Made by a program: the position numbers and the translations under genes. A DNA stretch of 64,000 nt, from contig CAVVMW010000029.1 of the NCBI GenBank assembly GCA_963749495.1, forward strand, positions 64,001-128,000, given 5' to 3'. The first letter of the stretch is position 1; each line of letters opens with the position of its first letter. Origin of the DNA: an uncultured bacterium (GTDB lineage: Bacteria; Verrucomicrobiota; Verrucomicrobiia; Limisphaerales; UBA8199). Shown piece by piece: positions 41,828 to 51,621 of the stretch. Under the pieces are notes generated by a model. That model saw only the letters and a program-made list of their open reading frames with translations, did no database searches and was not told the origin of the DNA.

Positions 41828-44051
41828 CAGGGCTATTGACAAAGTCCGGCGGCACGTTTTGGCATCGGCACGGGTGGGTATTTTGAACCCGCCAGCCTCC
41901 ACGAACGGCGCGCTCACTGAGAAAAAGCGCGTTGCTGGGCTGGTTTTCGAGGTCGGTGGGGCCATCACGGCAAAGCCGGAGGATGGCCGCTTTGGCGCAA
42001 GCAGCCTGCGGTTCTGGTTGAGGCGTTGCTTCTTAGTCTGCGTCTGTGCTTGAGCCGGTCATGAAGCGGCGGATTAAGCCCCAGGGACGGCGGCAAACCC
42101 GGCGCTCAAAATCCCGCTCAGAGAGCTTGCCGCCCCGGTGCGGGCGGTGAGTTTGGCACAGGAATATGGCCAAGGTGCGAAACAGCGAGAGGTTGCGAGC
42201 GGTGTTGGTTTCACGCACTGTGCAGCGGTCTTCGTCTTGAGTGCGGTCGCGGCGGTGATGCTGGCCATTTTCGATGCTCCAGTGATCGCGGGCCAACTGC
42301 TGCAACTCGTCGATCGAGGCCTCCTCCGGCCAGAGGTTGGTGAAGGGGAACGCCACGTCGTGAGTCTCTTTAACCACCTGGCCCCGCCGCACGAACTGGA
42401 CGTCGCGCTCGATGCGCAGCAGTTGAGCGGCCCCGGCCAGACCGAGAGTCGGAGGGTCAACCAGGCAAGACCACACGCGCCGGGTTTCAATCCGACCGTG
42501 GCCCTTGTCCACCACACTGAGTTGAGGGGGGAAGGGCGCCGGGCAGCAGTTGCTCGGCTTTGGCCCGGGCCAGAGGCTGGTTGCCTTTTAAGAAGAGCAA
42601 GTAGTCGGCTCCGTTGTTGAAGGTCAGTTGGCGGCAATTGGCTTTGATGGTATGGGCGGCATCGGCCGTGACTCGCACTCCAGCCAAATCCATCTGGGGC
42701 AGATGGGCGGCAACGGCGGCCTCTTCGTTGGTGTCCCGCGGCACGGCGATTTGATCAACCAGGCGTTGGTCGGAGGTCATGAAGTTGACCAGCGTCAGGG
42801 CCTTGTCGGCCTTGGGCTTTTGCTGCTCGATGGGAATCTCGCAAGGCTCAGGCGCCGGCAACTCCTGGGCGTTGTCCGCCTTGGGGCGGGCGGGGGCCGG
42901 TCGAGCGTTCTTGACGACTTTGCCATCGAAATGCACCGTCTTGAGCGGGGTGGGATCCTCCTGGCGCATCCAGTCCACCAACACCGCCTTGAGCTGATCG
43001 GCATTCACCTTTTCTAACAAGCGCCGGAAGGTACGCTCACTGGGTACGTCGAACTGAGCGTGCGCGCCGGGACGGCGGCGGCAGCGCAAATGGCGGCGCT
43101 GTCCGTGGTTGAGGCTCTGGGCAAATTCGGCGATGGCGTGCGGCCCTTGGCAGCCCGCCGCCATGGCCAAGGCGAGCAGCGTCAGAAGCGTGGCCAACAG
43201 ATGCCGCACCCCCTTGGGCTTGCGCGGTTCGGTCATGTGCAACCGGAAGCACTCCCAGAGCGAATGCAATCGTCCGGTGGCCACCGGACAAGGGGGCGGC
43301 AGGGGGCCGGCCGGATTGAGCAGGGCGGGCGGCAACTCTGGGGCTTGCAGTTGCTCCAAGTTCCGCGGGCTTAAGGGGCGCACCCACAGTTCCTTGGGGT
43401 GTTGCGTGTCGGTGTAGAAGTCCTGCCAGTTTCGCTCATAGCCCTGGGTCGGCCCCAGTTGTTGCCAACCCGCCGCTTTGTAGCAAGTGCCCTTGAAACG
43501 TTGTGGATCCACGAAGGTCTCCATCCCCAGCACCGGATGACCAAAGTGCTCCTGCCAATCCCGGGCTAGGCGCTCACAGACCAGTTTCAAGACCCGAGAG
43601 GCCAAATTCGGCCACCGACCGCTGCTGGGCAGCACCAAAAACCGGGCGTTCTGTGCAATCAAGTGCCGCCGTTCCTTGACTTGGCGCGGGGACCATTTGA
43701 GCCAGCGATCCCGTGGCTTGAGGTGCAAGGCGGGCGAACCAAACACCAGGAGCGCCACCCACTGGCCCTGATACTCGGCCACATACCGCAGCACCTGCCC
43801 CACTACCGTGGGGTTCTTTAGATAATGCTTGGTCGCCAGCAACTCATCGAAGCGATCTCGATCTGATTCGTCGATCAACCGCAGAGTGATTGCGCTGAGC
43901 AGCCTGGGCTCGGGAGGAAGCCCCCTTTGAAACAGTCGGCCAAATGAATAGACATGGCCCCAGTCCAGCACAGTCAGAGGACCGACGCCAGCCAATTCTT
44001 CCTAAGTCATTGCCCATTAGAGCGCCCCCCGGGTCCTTGCCAGCCGCCCTG
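41828..44051 (-). mobile_element. ISAs1-family IS with a 10-bp target-site duplication
   Basis: TSD TTCGGAGGGT at 41818-41827 and 44052-44061; imperfect TIRs CAGGGCTATTGACAAAG / CAGGGCGGCTGGCAAGG. Confidence 0.92.
42033..43995 (-). CDS. ISAs1 transposase with N-terminal DUF4338 (DruA-like) domain; split at a C6 run near 42525
   Basis: HYL..LRYVAE..NARFLVLP..NLASRVL..ETFVDP..GTCYKAAGW; FDGK, VTADAAH, LKGNQ, HGRIETR, HWSIEN. Confidence 0.88.
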
Positions 44052-44154
44052 TTCGGAGGGTGGCTCGCATGTCCTCCACCAGCTCCGGATGCTTGCGCAC
44101 AAGCCGTCTCGCTGAGCGCGAAAAAGCCCGAGTGGGCAGGAGTGGTCGCTTCAT
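44052..44154 (-). pseudogene. RelE/YafQ-like toxin N-terminus interrupted by ISAs1
   Basis: MKRPLLPTRAFSRSARRLVRKHPELVEDMRATLR; ATGA overlap with the antitoxin stop. Confidence 0.65.
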
Positions 44155-44358
44155 TCAAGGAGGTCCCCGACGATTTCGTCCGGAGATGCAGGTCGGCAAC
44201 GGCCTGCGCTGAACTCCCTGCGAGCCTGCCTTCACCGTCAGCGCCAACTCGGCCCGCCGGCGTTCGCGCAGGCGCTGCTGGATAATGGATACCAGTTCCT
44301 GTTGATCCTCCAACGGGAGCGTCTCGACCGATTCAAGCACCTCACCAAATGTGTTCAC
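44151..44358 (-). CDS. Putative antitoxin; frameshift near 44220
   Basis: TFGEVLESVETLPLEDQQELVSIIQQRLRERRRAEL..SPDEIVGDLLE*. Confidence 0.65.
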
Positions 44359-44429
44359 GGCCTCCAAAATAGACCCATCCCTGGACGCGAACAAGCCTCC
44401 TTTCCGCGTGCGTGGTCAGGAAAGGGGAA

Positions 44430-44850
44430 CGCAGCATTTGAGTTGTTTCACTCCTTTCCCAACGCACGTTACAGACAAATCCATCCGCGCCGACCAGCAG
44501 GAACGACAGGCCCTCGCTCCGGCCGAGCACGGCGAGGCTCGGCGAGCCCGTCTGGGCAGGCAAAGGGAGGCGCCAGAGGACGGAACCTTCGGCGGGGGTG
44601 CGGCCGGCCCTCAGGCAGACGAGTTGCCGGCCGATGACGAACACGGCTTCGTCCCGCCCGTCGCCGTTGAAATCCGCGCTGGCAGAGCCAATCACACTCC
44701 CGGGAGCAGGCATGGGCAAACGCCCGAGCAGCAGGCCGGCCGCGGTGCCCTAGCAGCGGATGCCATCGGGGTAGCCCGCGCCCATAGCCTCAAGGCGGCC
44801 TTGGCCCGTAAAGTTGCCGAACACCGGCCAATCCTGGGGCCAATCGAGCG
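44430..44850 (-). pseudogene. C-terminal remnant of an FG-GAP/beta-propeller protein
   Basis: ADFNGDGRDEAVF, LLVGADG; in-frame stop and no 5' part. Confidence 0.5.
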
Positions 44851-44878
44851 AAGATAGAGAACGGATTAAGGTTTTTGT

Positions 44879-44940
44879 AACCGCGGAATACGCGGAATAC
44901 GCGAAAGCCTTTTGTTTTCCGCGTATTCCGCGTATTCCGC
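44879..44940. repeat. 9-bp-unit palindrome forming the intron target
   Basis: AACCGCGGAATACGCGGAATACGCGAAA-loop-TTTCCGCGTATTCCGCGTATTCCGC; the closing GGTT is displaced to 45740-45743. Confidence 0.9.
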
Positions 44941-45739
44941 TCGCAGCCCATAAGGCTGCCAGTCCAGCCGGTGGAAGTCCGGCGATGGTAACTGACGATG
45001 AACCATACAGTGATAACCGACACGGGAAGGGGCGACCCGACCCGCGAAAGCTCGGTCGTAAAAGTCCTGGCCGGAGCAGGGCGAGCAACACCTCCAGGCC
45101 GTAGCATAAAGCGAAAGCTGCAGCTTCGTTACGCTACCCACGGGTTCCGGATTCGTGGGATTTGTGACTGCCGAGCCGGTGCGAAAACGGCGAAGGCACA
45201 ACCAACGATGAAGGCATCGTCGCAGGCAATCGTTGGAGTCACCGGAGTACGGGCGGCGGCATGGGGTGAAAGGACTGGCAGAGTAAATTGGGGACCCTCT
45301 GGGGCTGGCGGGTTGGCCCCGCAGCCTGGCGGAATAATGCATAAGCCGCTGGGTGGCCAACAGAGGCGCACATGTGGCCATAGTAAGCGAGGAGCCGACC
45401 GGACAGCACAACCGGTTGGGGAGCCAAGGGCCACTGGACCCGCGGTCGTGGTCAGAAGTTCTCGGTGCCGCTTGGACGCAAGTCCGACTACGGAACAACC
45501 GCCGGGGACGGAGATACCGACAGTGACGGCCTATAAGCGGGCGGTAGCACGCCCGCGAAGGTGGCCGTGGCGTCAGGCGGGTTTGAAGCCGGTACTGGGG
45601 AAAACCCACCGTACGGAATTTTAGAGGGGGCAGAGGAAACGAAGTGGATGGCCTGATGACCGTTTGCCACGATGCCCGAAAGGGCCGATACACTGGAAGT
45701 CATTGGCCTAATCATGTTCGCGCCTCTGCTCTACTCGAT
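44941..45739 (+). ncRNA. ORF-less group II intron, copy 1 (799 nt)
   Basis: DV-like AAGCCGGTACTGGGGAAAACCCACCGTACGG (about 45585-45620); DVI GAGGGGGCAGAGG/CCTCTGCTCT-A-CTC with bulged A 45733; 3' AT; EBS1-like loop GCGAAA at 45181-45186; no RT ORF. Confidence 0.88.
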
Positions 45740-46137
45740 GGTTTAATCCGTTCTCTATGTCTTCTGGATTGGCACGGAAACTGACGAGGCCTGATTCTAG
45801 TGCCTGGCGTCGCGCGTTCGGTTCTCTTCGGATTTGCGTCGCACAGCATGGAACGGGGCCGCACGTGTCCGCTCGCGATCTCCCTCTCACGCCGCTCTAC
45901 CTCCGCCAACTCATCGGCTTCCGTCATTTCCCCCCAACCGGCGGCGGCGCATTAGGCCCCGCGGCTGGCTCGGCGCCGACGCTCCCGTCCTTCTCGTCGT
46001 CGTTTGCCGGTGAACTCATAGACCTCCGGCAGCCTGCCGGCTGATATGTGCGCCGTCAACCGGACCCGCCAAAGGGACTTAAGCGCCCGTGCAAAAAACA
46101 ATTCGGATTCTCTTTCCATTATGCCGGCGGCTCGGGC

Positions 46138-48564
46138 TTAATTCTTCGGTTTCCTATTCTTCAACTGTTCGGCCAGCGACTGTATCTGGGTGTTTTTGGG
46201 GTCGAGCTTGAGGGTGGTTTCGGCCAGGAGGCGCGCGTCGTCCACGCGGTTTAGACTGAGCAGCAGTTGGACGTAGCGGAACACGGCGTCGGGGCTGACA
46301 GGGCAAAGGGCGTAGGCCTGACGGAAGGCGAAATCGGCCTCTTTGGTCATCTGCTGTTTCTCGGCGGGAGTTTTGGCCTCGGTGATGCGCCAATTATAGA
46401 CGCCGCCGATGGAGCTGCGCAGCTTGGAGAAGAACTTTTGCGCCCAGGTGTCCTCGGCGAATTGCGGGTCGCCCTTGAAACCGCCAAGGTCATGCCTGCC
46501 ATAGACCTTCTCCGCAAAGGCGGCGACCTTGGCGACCGGGGTGTCGTAGTTGAGCCAATCGCCGAGCATCGGCCGGAGATAACCCGACCAGTATTCATGG
46601 TCCTGCCGAATGAGTTCCTCGGAAAGCCTGGGCAGCGGCTGGCGGTTGATTTTCATAATCAGGCCGTTGGGGGAGAGATAGGGATACATCCAATCCAGCG
46701 GGAAGCTCTCCTCGATGTAAAACTCGCGGTCGGGGTTGCGGTCAAAGATGATTTTTGCGAGCACGCCATTGATGCTCATGACGGCGACCTGGCCGCTGAC
46801 CTGGAGCGTCGGGCCGCTCATTCGCACGTCCTCGCCCGGCTTGAGCTTATTCGCGGCAAGCCGCCCGCGGGCATCCGCCAGGTATTCCTCAAAGGTGTTT
46901 CTGCTATCTTCGGCAGTGGGGGTGTAGATAGTTGGGCCGTACATCGCCCGCAGGTAATCCAGGTAGGTGCCATCCGCCAGGGCGTTTTGCGTGAGGGCAA
47001 AGAATGGTTTGCCCTCCGCATGGGACTCGGACATGGCGGTGATGACCCCGCGGCCGGGGTCGGTCCCGCCGAAGTAAATGCTGCCGGGCGGGATGGATTT
47101 GATGATGTCATTGCCGTACGCCAGCACGTATTTCTCCTTCCAGTTGGCAAATTGCTCCCAGGCCAAGTCGGTCTCAAGAACGGCGGACCAAACCGGCGTG
47201 CCCGTGTAGTAGACCTTTTCCCCGGCATTGGTGTAGGAACCTCCGCGGCGTTGGCGCATCGCCAACCAAAGGTTCGTCGCAGTTTGCCAATCGCCGCCCG
47301 TGCCGGCCTTAAAGTACGGCCAGACCTCCGGCTCGAGAAACAGGGGCCTTTTCTCCAGTTCGGCCAAGCGATGGGCTTGCGCGGCCTTTGCGGTGAAGAA
47401 GGCCCGTAAGCGGGCATCGTACCATGGCTTTGCATCAGCAGTGGGAGCGGGAGTATTTGCCTCCGGCTTCTGCGCGGCGACGGCTGCAACGAACGCGAGC
47501 ACGGCGCCACAGCACAAACCCACCAGCAGAGCGCGCGGACCGCCTCGGGCGCGGGAGCCATCCACGATGGCGGCAATCCGCCCCTCGAGGCGCGTGGAGC
47601 GGGCCATCGCAATGGCTGCTACCTGCGGCACGCGCCGGAAACTCCGGGCGATTTCCAACAGGTGGGCCGCGTAATCGGAGGCCTTGCAGCCGCCGTTCAG
47701 GACCAAGTCGTCGCAGGCCCGCTCGCGTTCGATGCACATCCGCCGCGCCCCCACCCAGACCAGCGGGTTGAACCAATAAACCGCACAGGCCACGCGGGCC
47801 ATCATTTGGGTCAGGCAATCCCAGCGTTTCACGTGCGCCAGCTCGTGCAGCAGCACGATCCGGCGTCGCTCCGGCGACCATTCATCGGCCTGGGCCGGGA
47901 GCAGGATGACCGGCTTCCACCAGCCCCAGGTCACCGGCATCAGGTCGTCGGCAGACTGCAACAAGGTCACCCGCCGCCCAACCCGCAATCTTTCGCAAAG
48001 CAGGCGCAACAACGGGAGCCAGTCCGCACTCGAAGGCGGGTGCGCGGCCCGGCGCAGCCCCCGGAGCCGCAGGCGTCCGACCGCGACCCAAAGGAGAATG
48101 ACAACCGTCCCGCCCAGCCACCCGGCCAGGACCAAGGCTGCCCAACCGGTGTGGAAATGAGTCGCCAGCCCTGGTCCTCTGGCGCCCTGGGCAGGGGCAA
48201 GAACCGGAACCGCCGCGGCGGGCCAAGGGCCAGCCGCCTGGCGGACGGAGGCTGTAGTCGCTTTGGCCGGCATAAACTCCAGCGTGAGCGTGAATTCGTT
48301 TCCCGAATCGGCGCGCATCCCCACCGTCCAAAGGGGCCGTTGCCATGCCGGCATCAGGCCCGAAAGGCCCGGCAAACAGAGCAATCCCCCCATCGCCACA
48401 AGCCACACCAGGTGGCGCACGGAGGCGGCCGCCCGGCGCCAGCAAAGGCAGACTCCGCCCGCCCCGATGAGAATGACAAAGCTCTTGAGCAACAGGTCCG
48501 GAAACCCGCCGGCAAGCTGCGAGTGCTGGAGCCAATGCGTCACCATTGCAGTCCATGAATTCAT
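46138..48564 (-). CDS. BlaR1/M56 family sensor-peptidase with an atypical C-terminal domain and TPR
   Basis: AASVRHLVWL, HELAHVKRWD (HExxH), YWFNPLVW, ERERACDD. Confidence 0.88.
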   Translation of the reverse strand: MNSWTAMVTHWLQHSQLAGGFPDLLLKSFVILIGAGGVCLCWRRAAASVRHLVWLVAMGGLLCLPGLSGLMPAWQRPLWTVGMRADSGNEFTLTLEFMPAKATTASVRQAAGPWPAAAVPVLAPAQGARGPGLATHFHTGWAALVLAGWLGGTVVILLWVAVGRLRLRGLRRAAHPPSSADWLPLLRLLCERLRVGRRVTLLQSADDLMPVTWGWWKPVILLPAQADEWSPERRRIVLLHELAHVKRWDCLTQMMARVACAVYWFNPLVWVGARRMCIERERACDDLVLNGGCKASDYAAHLLEIARSFRRVPQVAAIAMARSTRLEGRIAAIVDGSRARGGPRALLVGLCCGAVLAFVAAVAAQKPEANTPAPTADAKPWYDARLRAFFTAKAAQAHRLAELEKRPLFLEPEVWPYFKAGTGGDWQTATNLWLAMRQRRGGSYTNAGEKVYYTGTPVWSAVLETDLAWEQFANWKEKYVLAYGNDIIKSIPPGSIYFGGTDPGRGVITAMSESHAEGKPFFALTQNALADGTYLDYLRAMYGPTIYTPTAEDSRNTFEEYLADARGRLAANKLKPGEDVRMSGPTLQVSGQVAVMSINGVLAKIIFDRNPDREFYIEESFPLDWMYPYLSPNGLIMKINRQPLPRLSEELIRQDHEYWSGYLRPMLGDWLNYDTPVAKVAAFAEKVYGRHDLGGFKGDPQFAEDTWAQKFFSKLRSSIGGVYNWRITEAKTPAEKQQMTKEADFAFRQAYALCPVSPDAVFRYVQLLLSLNRVDDARLLAETTLKLDPKNTQIQSLAEQLKNRKPKN

Positions 48565-48565
48565 G

Positions 48566-48949
48566 CTAACGGCCTTCCTTCCTGGCTTTTTTGATGAGCT
48601 GCTCCAGTTTGATCAATTCTGCACCCGAAACCTCGGTGTCGGCGCTCTCCAGGAGCGCCGCCATCGCCTGCGCCACCGACCCCTGGAAAAACGTGGAGAC
48701 CACCCGCTTCAACGCGGAACGGCGGGCGATCTTGGGCGAGGTTCGCGGGACATAAACATAACGCGCCCCCTCGCGCCGGTGCCGCAGATGGCCTTTTGCC
48801 TCAAGGATGCGCAGCAGGGCGCGGACGGCCGAATAACCCGGAGGGGACGGCAGGGCGGCGAGAACCTCCGCCGCGCCGGCCCGGCCCTTGGCATGGAGGA
48901 CATCCATGATCTGGCGTTCGCGGCGGCTGAGATTTTGTTCCAAATTCAT
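48566..48949 (-). CDS. BlaI/MecI/CopY family repressor
   Basis: LSRRERQIMDVL, YSAVRALLRILEAKG, TFFQGS. Confidence 0.92.
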   Translation of the reverse strand: MNLEQNLSRRERQIMDVLHAKGRAGAAEVLAALPSPPGYSAVRALLRILEAKGHLRHRREGARYVYVPRTSPKIARRSALKRVVSTFFQGSVAQAMAALLESADTEVSGAELIKLEQLIKKARKEGR

Positions 48950-48955
48950 CTTAAA

Positions 48956-48991
48956 GTGCTAAAACATTAGCACATTGGAACCGGGTGTCAA
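48956..48991 (-). promoter_or_regulatory. Sigma70-type promoter with overlapping palindromic operator
   Basis: Minus strand TTGACA (48991-48986), 16 bp, TGc-TAATGT; inverted repeat GTGCTAA-N4-TTAGCAC (48956-48973) just upstream of the repressor ATG. Confidence 0.7.
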
Positions 48992-49170
48992 CAACAAAAT
49001 GCGAAAAAGTTAGCAGCAGCCCGGGGCCGTCGAGAATTGAGGTCAAACCCGGCCCGGGACCTTCCAAGGCATAAGCGACGAAAGAGACTCGGGTCCCGAG
49101 CCGGCGGCGTTTGCTCTCGATTTTCCTTTTCCTCCTCCGCCCGGCTATTGGAGAATTGGGCCCGGTTTCG

Positions 49171-50772
49171 ATGACTATGAGTGCCTCGGCCCGTCCTTTG
49201 GTCCATCTGGAGTTGCTGCCCCTGGGCAAGGTCGTCTCCGTCGAGCGGGGCACGGCGTTGCAGGACGTGCTGTTCGTGCACGGCGTCGAGTTTCCTTGCG
49301 GGGGGCGCGGCCGGTGTACCGGGTGCAAGATCAAGGTCCTGGCAGGCTCGTTGCCGGTCACCGAGGAAGACAGCCGCCGGCTCAGTGCGGCGGAGTTGGG
49401 CCAGGGGTGGCGCCTGGCGTGCCGCGCGCGCGCGGACGGCAACCTCAAGATCGAACTGGCCCAGTGGGAGGCAGCCATCCTCACGGACGACTCCGCCTTT
49501 GCCTTCAAGCCGCGGCCGGGCCTGGGCATCGCCGTGGACCTGGGCACCACCACGGTCGTGGCCCAACTGCTCGACCTGGAGACGGGCCAGGTCCTGGCGG
49601 TGCGGGCAGAGTTGAACGCCCAGGCCAAACACGGCGCCGACATCATGAGCCGCGTGGAATTTGCCGTGGCCGGCGGCGGCCAGCGCATCCTGGAGGCGCT
49701 CATTCGGGGGCAGATCTGGCGCCTGGTCCGGGAACTCCTCGAGGGCGCCAGCCGCCGGACGGGACTTGCGGCCGCCGAGGCCTCAAGCCCCGGCGCTGCG
49801 CGCCGCGGCGCCCCACCGCACAGGCTCGAACGCATCGTCCTGGTGGGCAACACGGTGATGCACCACCTGTTTTGCGGCATCGATGTCGAGCCGCTCTCGC
49901 ATTATCCGTTCGAACCGCGAGAGCCCGGGCTGCGCGGGTTCCGGGCGGCCGAGCTCGGGTGGGCGCTGCCGGACAACCCGGCGGTGCAGTTCCTGCCCTG
50001 CCTGGGCGGATTTGTCGGCAGCGACATCCTGGCGGGCGTGCTGGCAACCCGGCTTCATGAGGCCCAATCACCGGCCGCCCTGATCGACCTGGGCACCAAT
50101 GGCGAAATCGTCGTCGGCAACCGCCAGGGCCTGTTGTGCGCCTCGACTGCCGCGGGGCCCGCCTTCGAGGGCGCCCGCATCTCGATGGGCATGCGCGCCG
50201 CCACCGGGGCCATCTCCCAAGTCTGGCTCGAAGCCGGCCAGCCCCGGTGCCGCGTCCTGGGCCACGGCGAGCCGCGCGGCATCTGCGGCAGCGGGTTGGT
50301 CGATGCCGTGGCGGCCGGCCTCGACCTGGGCCGGGTCCTGCCCACCGGCCGGTTGACCGGCGGCGACTCGTTCGTGCTCGCCGCGCCCGTCTCGCTCACG
50401 CAACAGGACGTGCGCGAACTGCAACTGGCCAAGGGCGCCATCGCCGCCGGCCTGCGCCTGCTCCTGGAGCAATGGGGCGCCGCCCAGCAAGACCTGGACC
50501 GTGTCTATCTGGCCGGGGCCTTTGGCAACTATATTAACTATGCCAGCGCGCGGCGCATCGGCCTGCTGGGCTTCCCGCCCGAGAAGGTCCGGCCTGCGGG
50601 CAACACCGCCCTGCTCGGCGCCAAGCTCGCCCTCTTCAGCCTCGGCGAACAGGATGGCTCCTATCCCCATGTCCTGAGCAAGGTCAGGCACGTCTGCCTC
50701 AACCAAGACCCGCATTTCCAGGATGCTTACGTCGAGGAGATGTCGTTTCCGGCCCTGCTGGAACCGGCGTGA
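49171..50772 (+). CDS. ASKHA/RACo-type reductive activator of corrinoid proteins (2Fe-2S plus DUF4445)
   Basis: CGGRGRCTGC, DLGTTT, GGFVGSD, DLGTNGE, STAAGPAFEG, LAKGAI, LAGAFG. Confidence 0.92.
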   Translation: MTMSASARPLVHLELLPLGKVVSVERGTALQDVLFVHGVEFPCGGRGRCTGCKIKVLAGSLPVTEEDSRRLSAAELGQGWRLACRARADGNLKIELAQWEAAILTDDSAFAFKPRPGLGIAVDLGTTTVVAQLLDLETGQVLAVRAELNAQAKHGADIMSRVEFAVAGGGQRILEALIRGQIWRLVRELLEGASRRTGLAAAEASSPGAARRGAPPHRLERIVLVGNTVMHHLFCGIDVEPLSHYPFEPREPGLRGFRAAELGWALPDNPAVQFLPCLGGFVGSDILAGVLATRLHEAQSPAALIDLGTNGEIVVGNRQGLLCASTAAGPAFEGARISMGMRAATGAISQVWLEAGQPRCRVLGHGEPRGICGSGLVDAVAAGLDLGRVLPTGRLTGGDSFVLAAPVSLTQQDVRELQLAKGAIAAGLRLLLEQWGAAQQDLDRVYLAGAFGNYINYASARRIGLLGFPPEKVRPAGNTALLGAKLALFSLGEQDGSYPHVLSKVRHVCLNQDPHFQDAYVEEMSFPALLEPA

Positions 50773-50882
50773 GAACGTGAAACGTGAAACGTGAGAACGT
50801 GAAACGTGAAACGTGAAACGTGATGCGTGAAACGTGATGCGTGAAACGTGAAACGTGAACGCTGAACCCTGAACCCTGAACC
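50769..50882 (+). repeat. Heptamer arrays: degenerate (CGTGAAA) about x13, then (CCCTGAA) about x3
   Basis: Read directly; begins at the RACo stop codon. Confidence 0.9.
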
Positions 50883-51004
50883 GTTATCCTTGACCTGGGT
50901 CAAGGCACCCGGGGCCGGAAGATGGCAATTTATGTCAACGAAAGTGCAAGAAACGTGTGGAGACAGCAGGGGCTGCGGAGGAGAATCTGCACAGTTGCGT
51001 TGAT

Positions 51005-51298
51005 ATGAACTGGACGAAGCTAGTTGATTCGGATTACGTCGAAAAAACCGTGTGTGAGGTCTGTCCGTTGAACCGGGTCAAGGCCGGCGTGGCGGTGCGC
51101 ATCAAGCGGCTGTGCGCCTCGCCCGAGGTGCAGAATCGCCTGCGCGAGATCGGGTTCTGCGAGGAGCAGATCATCAGCCTGCTGACCAGCCACACCAACT
51201 ACATCTGCCTGGTTTGCAACGCCCGCCTGGCCATCAGCGAACAATTGGCCCGCCTGATCCTGGTCGAACCCCTCCAGCCCGCCCGCGTCGTCGCGTAG
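51005..51298 (+). CDS. feoA: FeoA-family protein
   Basis: PLNRVKAG..NRLREIGFCE..ARLAISEQLARLILVE. Confidence 0.8.
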   Translation: MNWTKLVDSDYVEKTVCEVCPLNRVKAGVAVRIKRLCASPEVQNRLREIGFCEEQIISLLTSHTNYICLVCNARLAISEQLARLILVEPLQPARVVA

Positions 51299-51621
51299 GC
51301 GCGCCGGGGAAGTTGAACAGGAGGAAACAGAGAGAACAGAGGGCTTCCACCTTTTTCCCCCGCCCTGCCATTTCTTCCAGCGCGTCGGGTGCATTTCACT
51401 TTCTTGGGTAGCCCCTTATAATCCCGAAGGGATGCAATCACTCAGCCCAGGGTTGAACGAAGCCGCTACGCGGCGGAGAAGACGGAACTGCTGCGGCTCC
51501 GCAGTTCGCAGGCTGGAGGGCTGGTTTTGCGTTGGCCTATGGCCGGGACTCCCACAGACTGATGACGGTTCGCCATGCACTGACGCACGGCAAACCGTCA
51601 ACATTAATCTGTACCGCAGCT

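Noticed and set aside
43350..43995. Druantia defence system
   Set aside because: The DUF4338 domain lies inside the ISAs1 TIRs and TSD, and no DruE helicase or other dru genes are present.
44866..45693. ORFs of 275 and 208 aa over the intron (and twins at 60414-61397, 60702-61328)
   Set aside because: No RT (YADD), maturase or transposase motifs; composition fits chance ORFs across a GC-rich structured RNA.
45840..45930. Addiction-module antitoxin-like fragment (ELAEVERREREIASGHVRP)
   Set aside because: Too short, with no partner toxin; at most a remnant.
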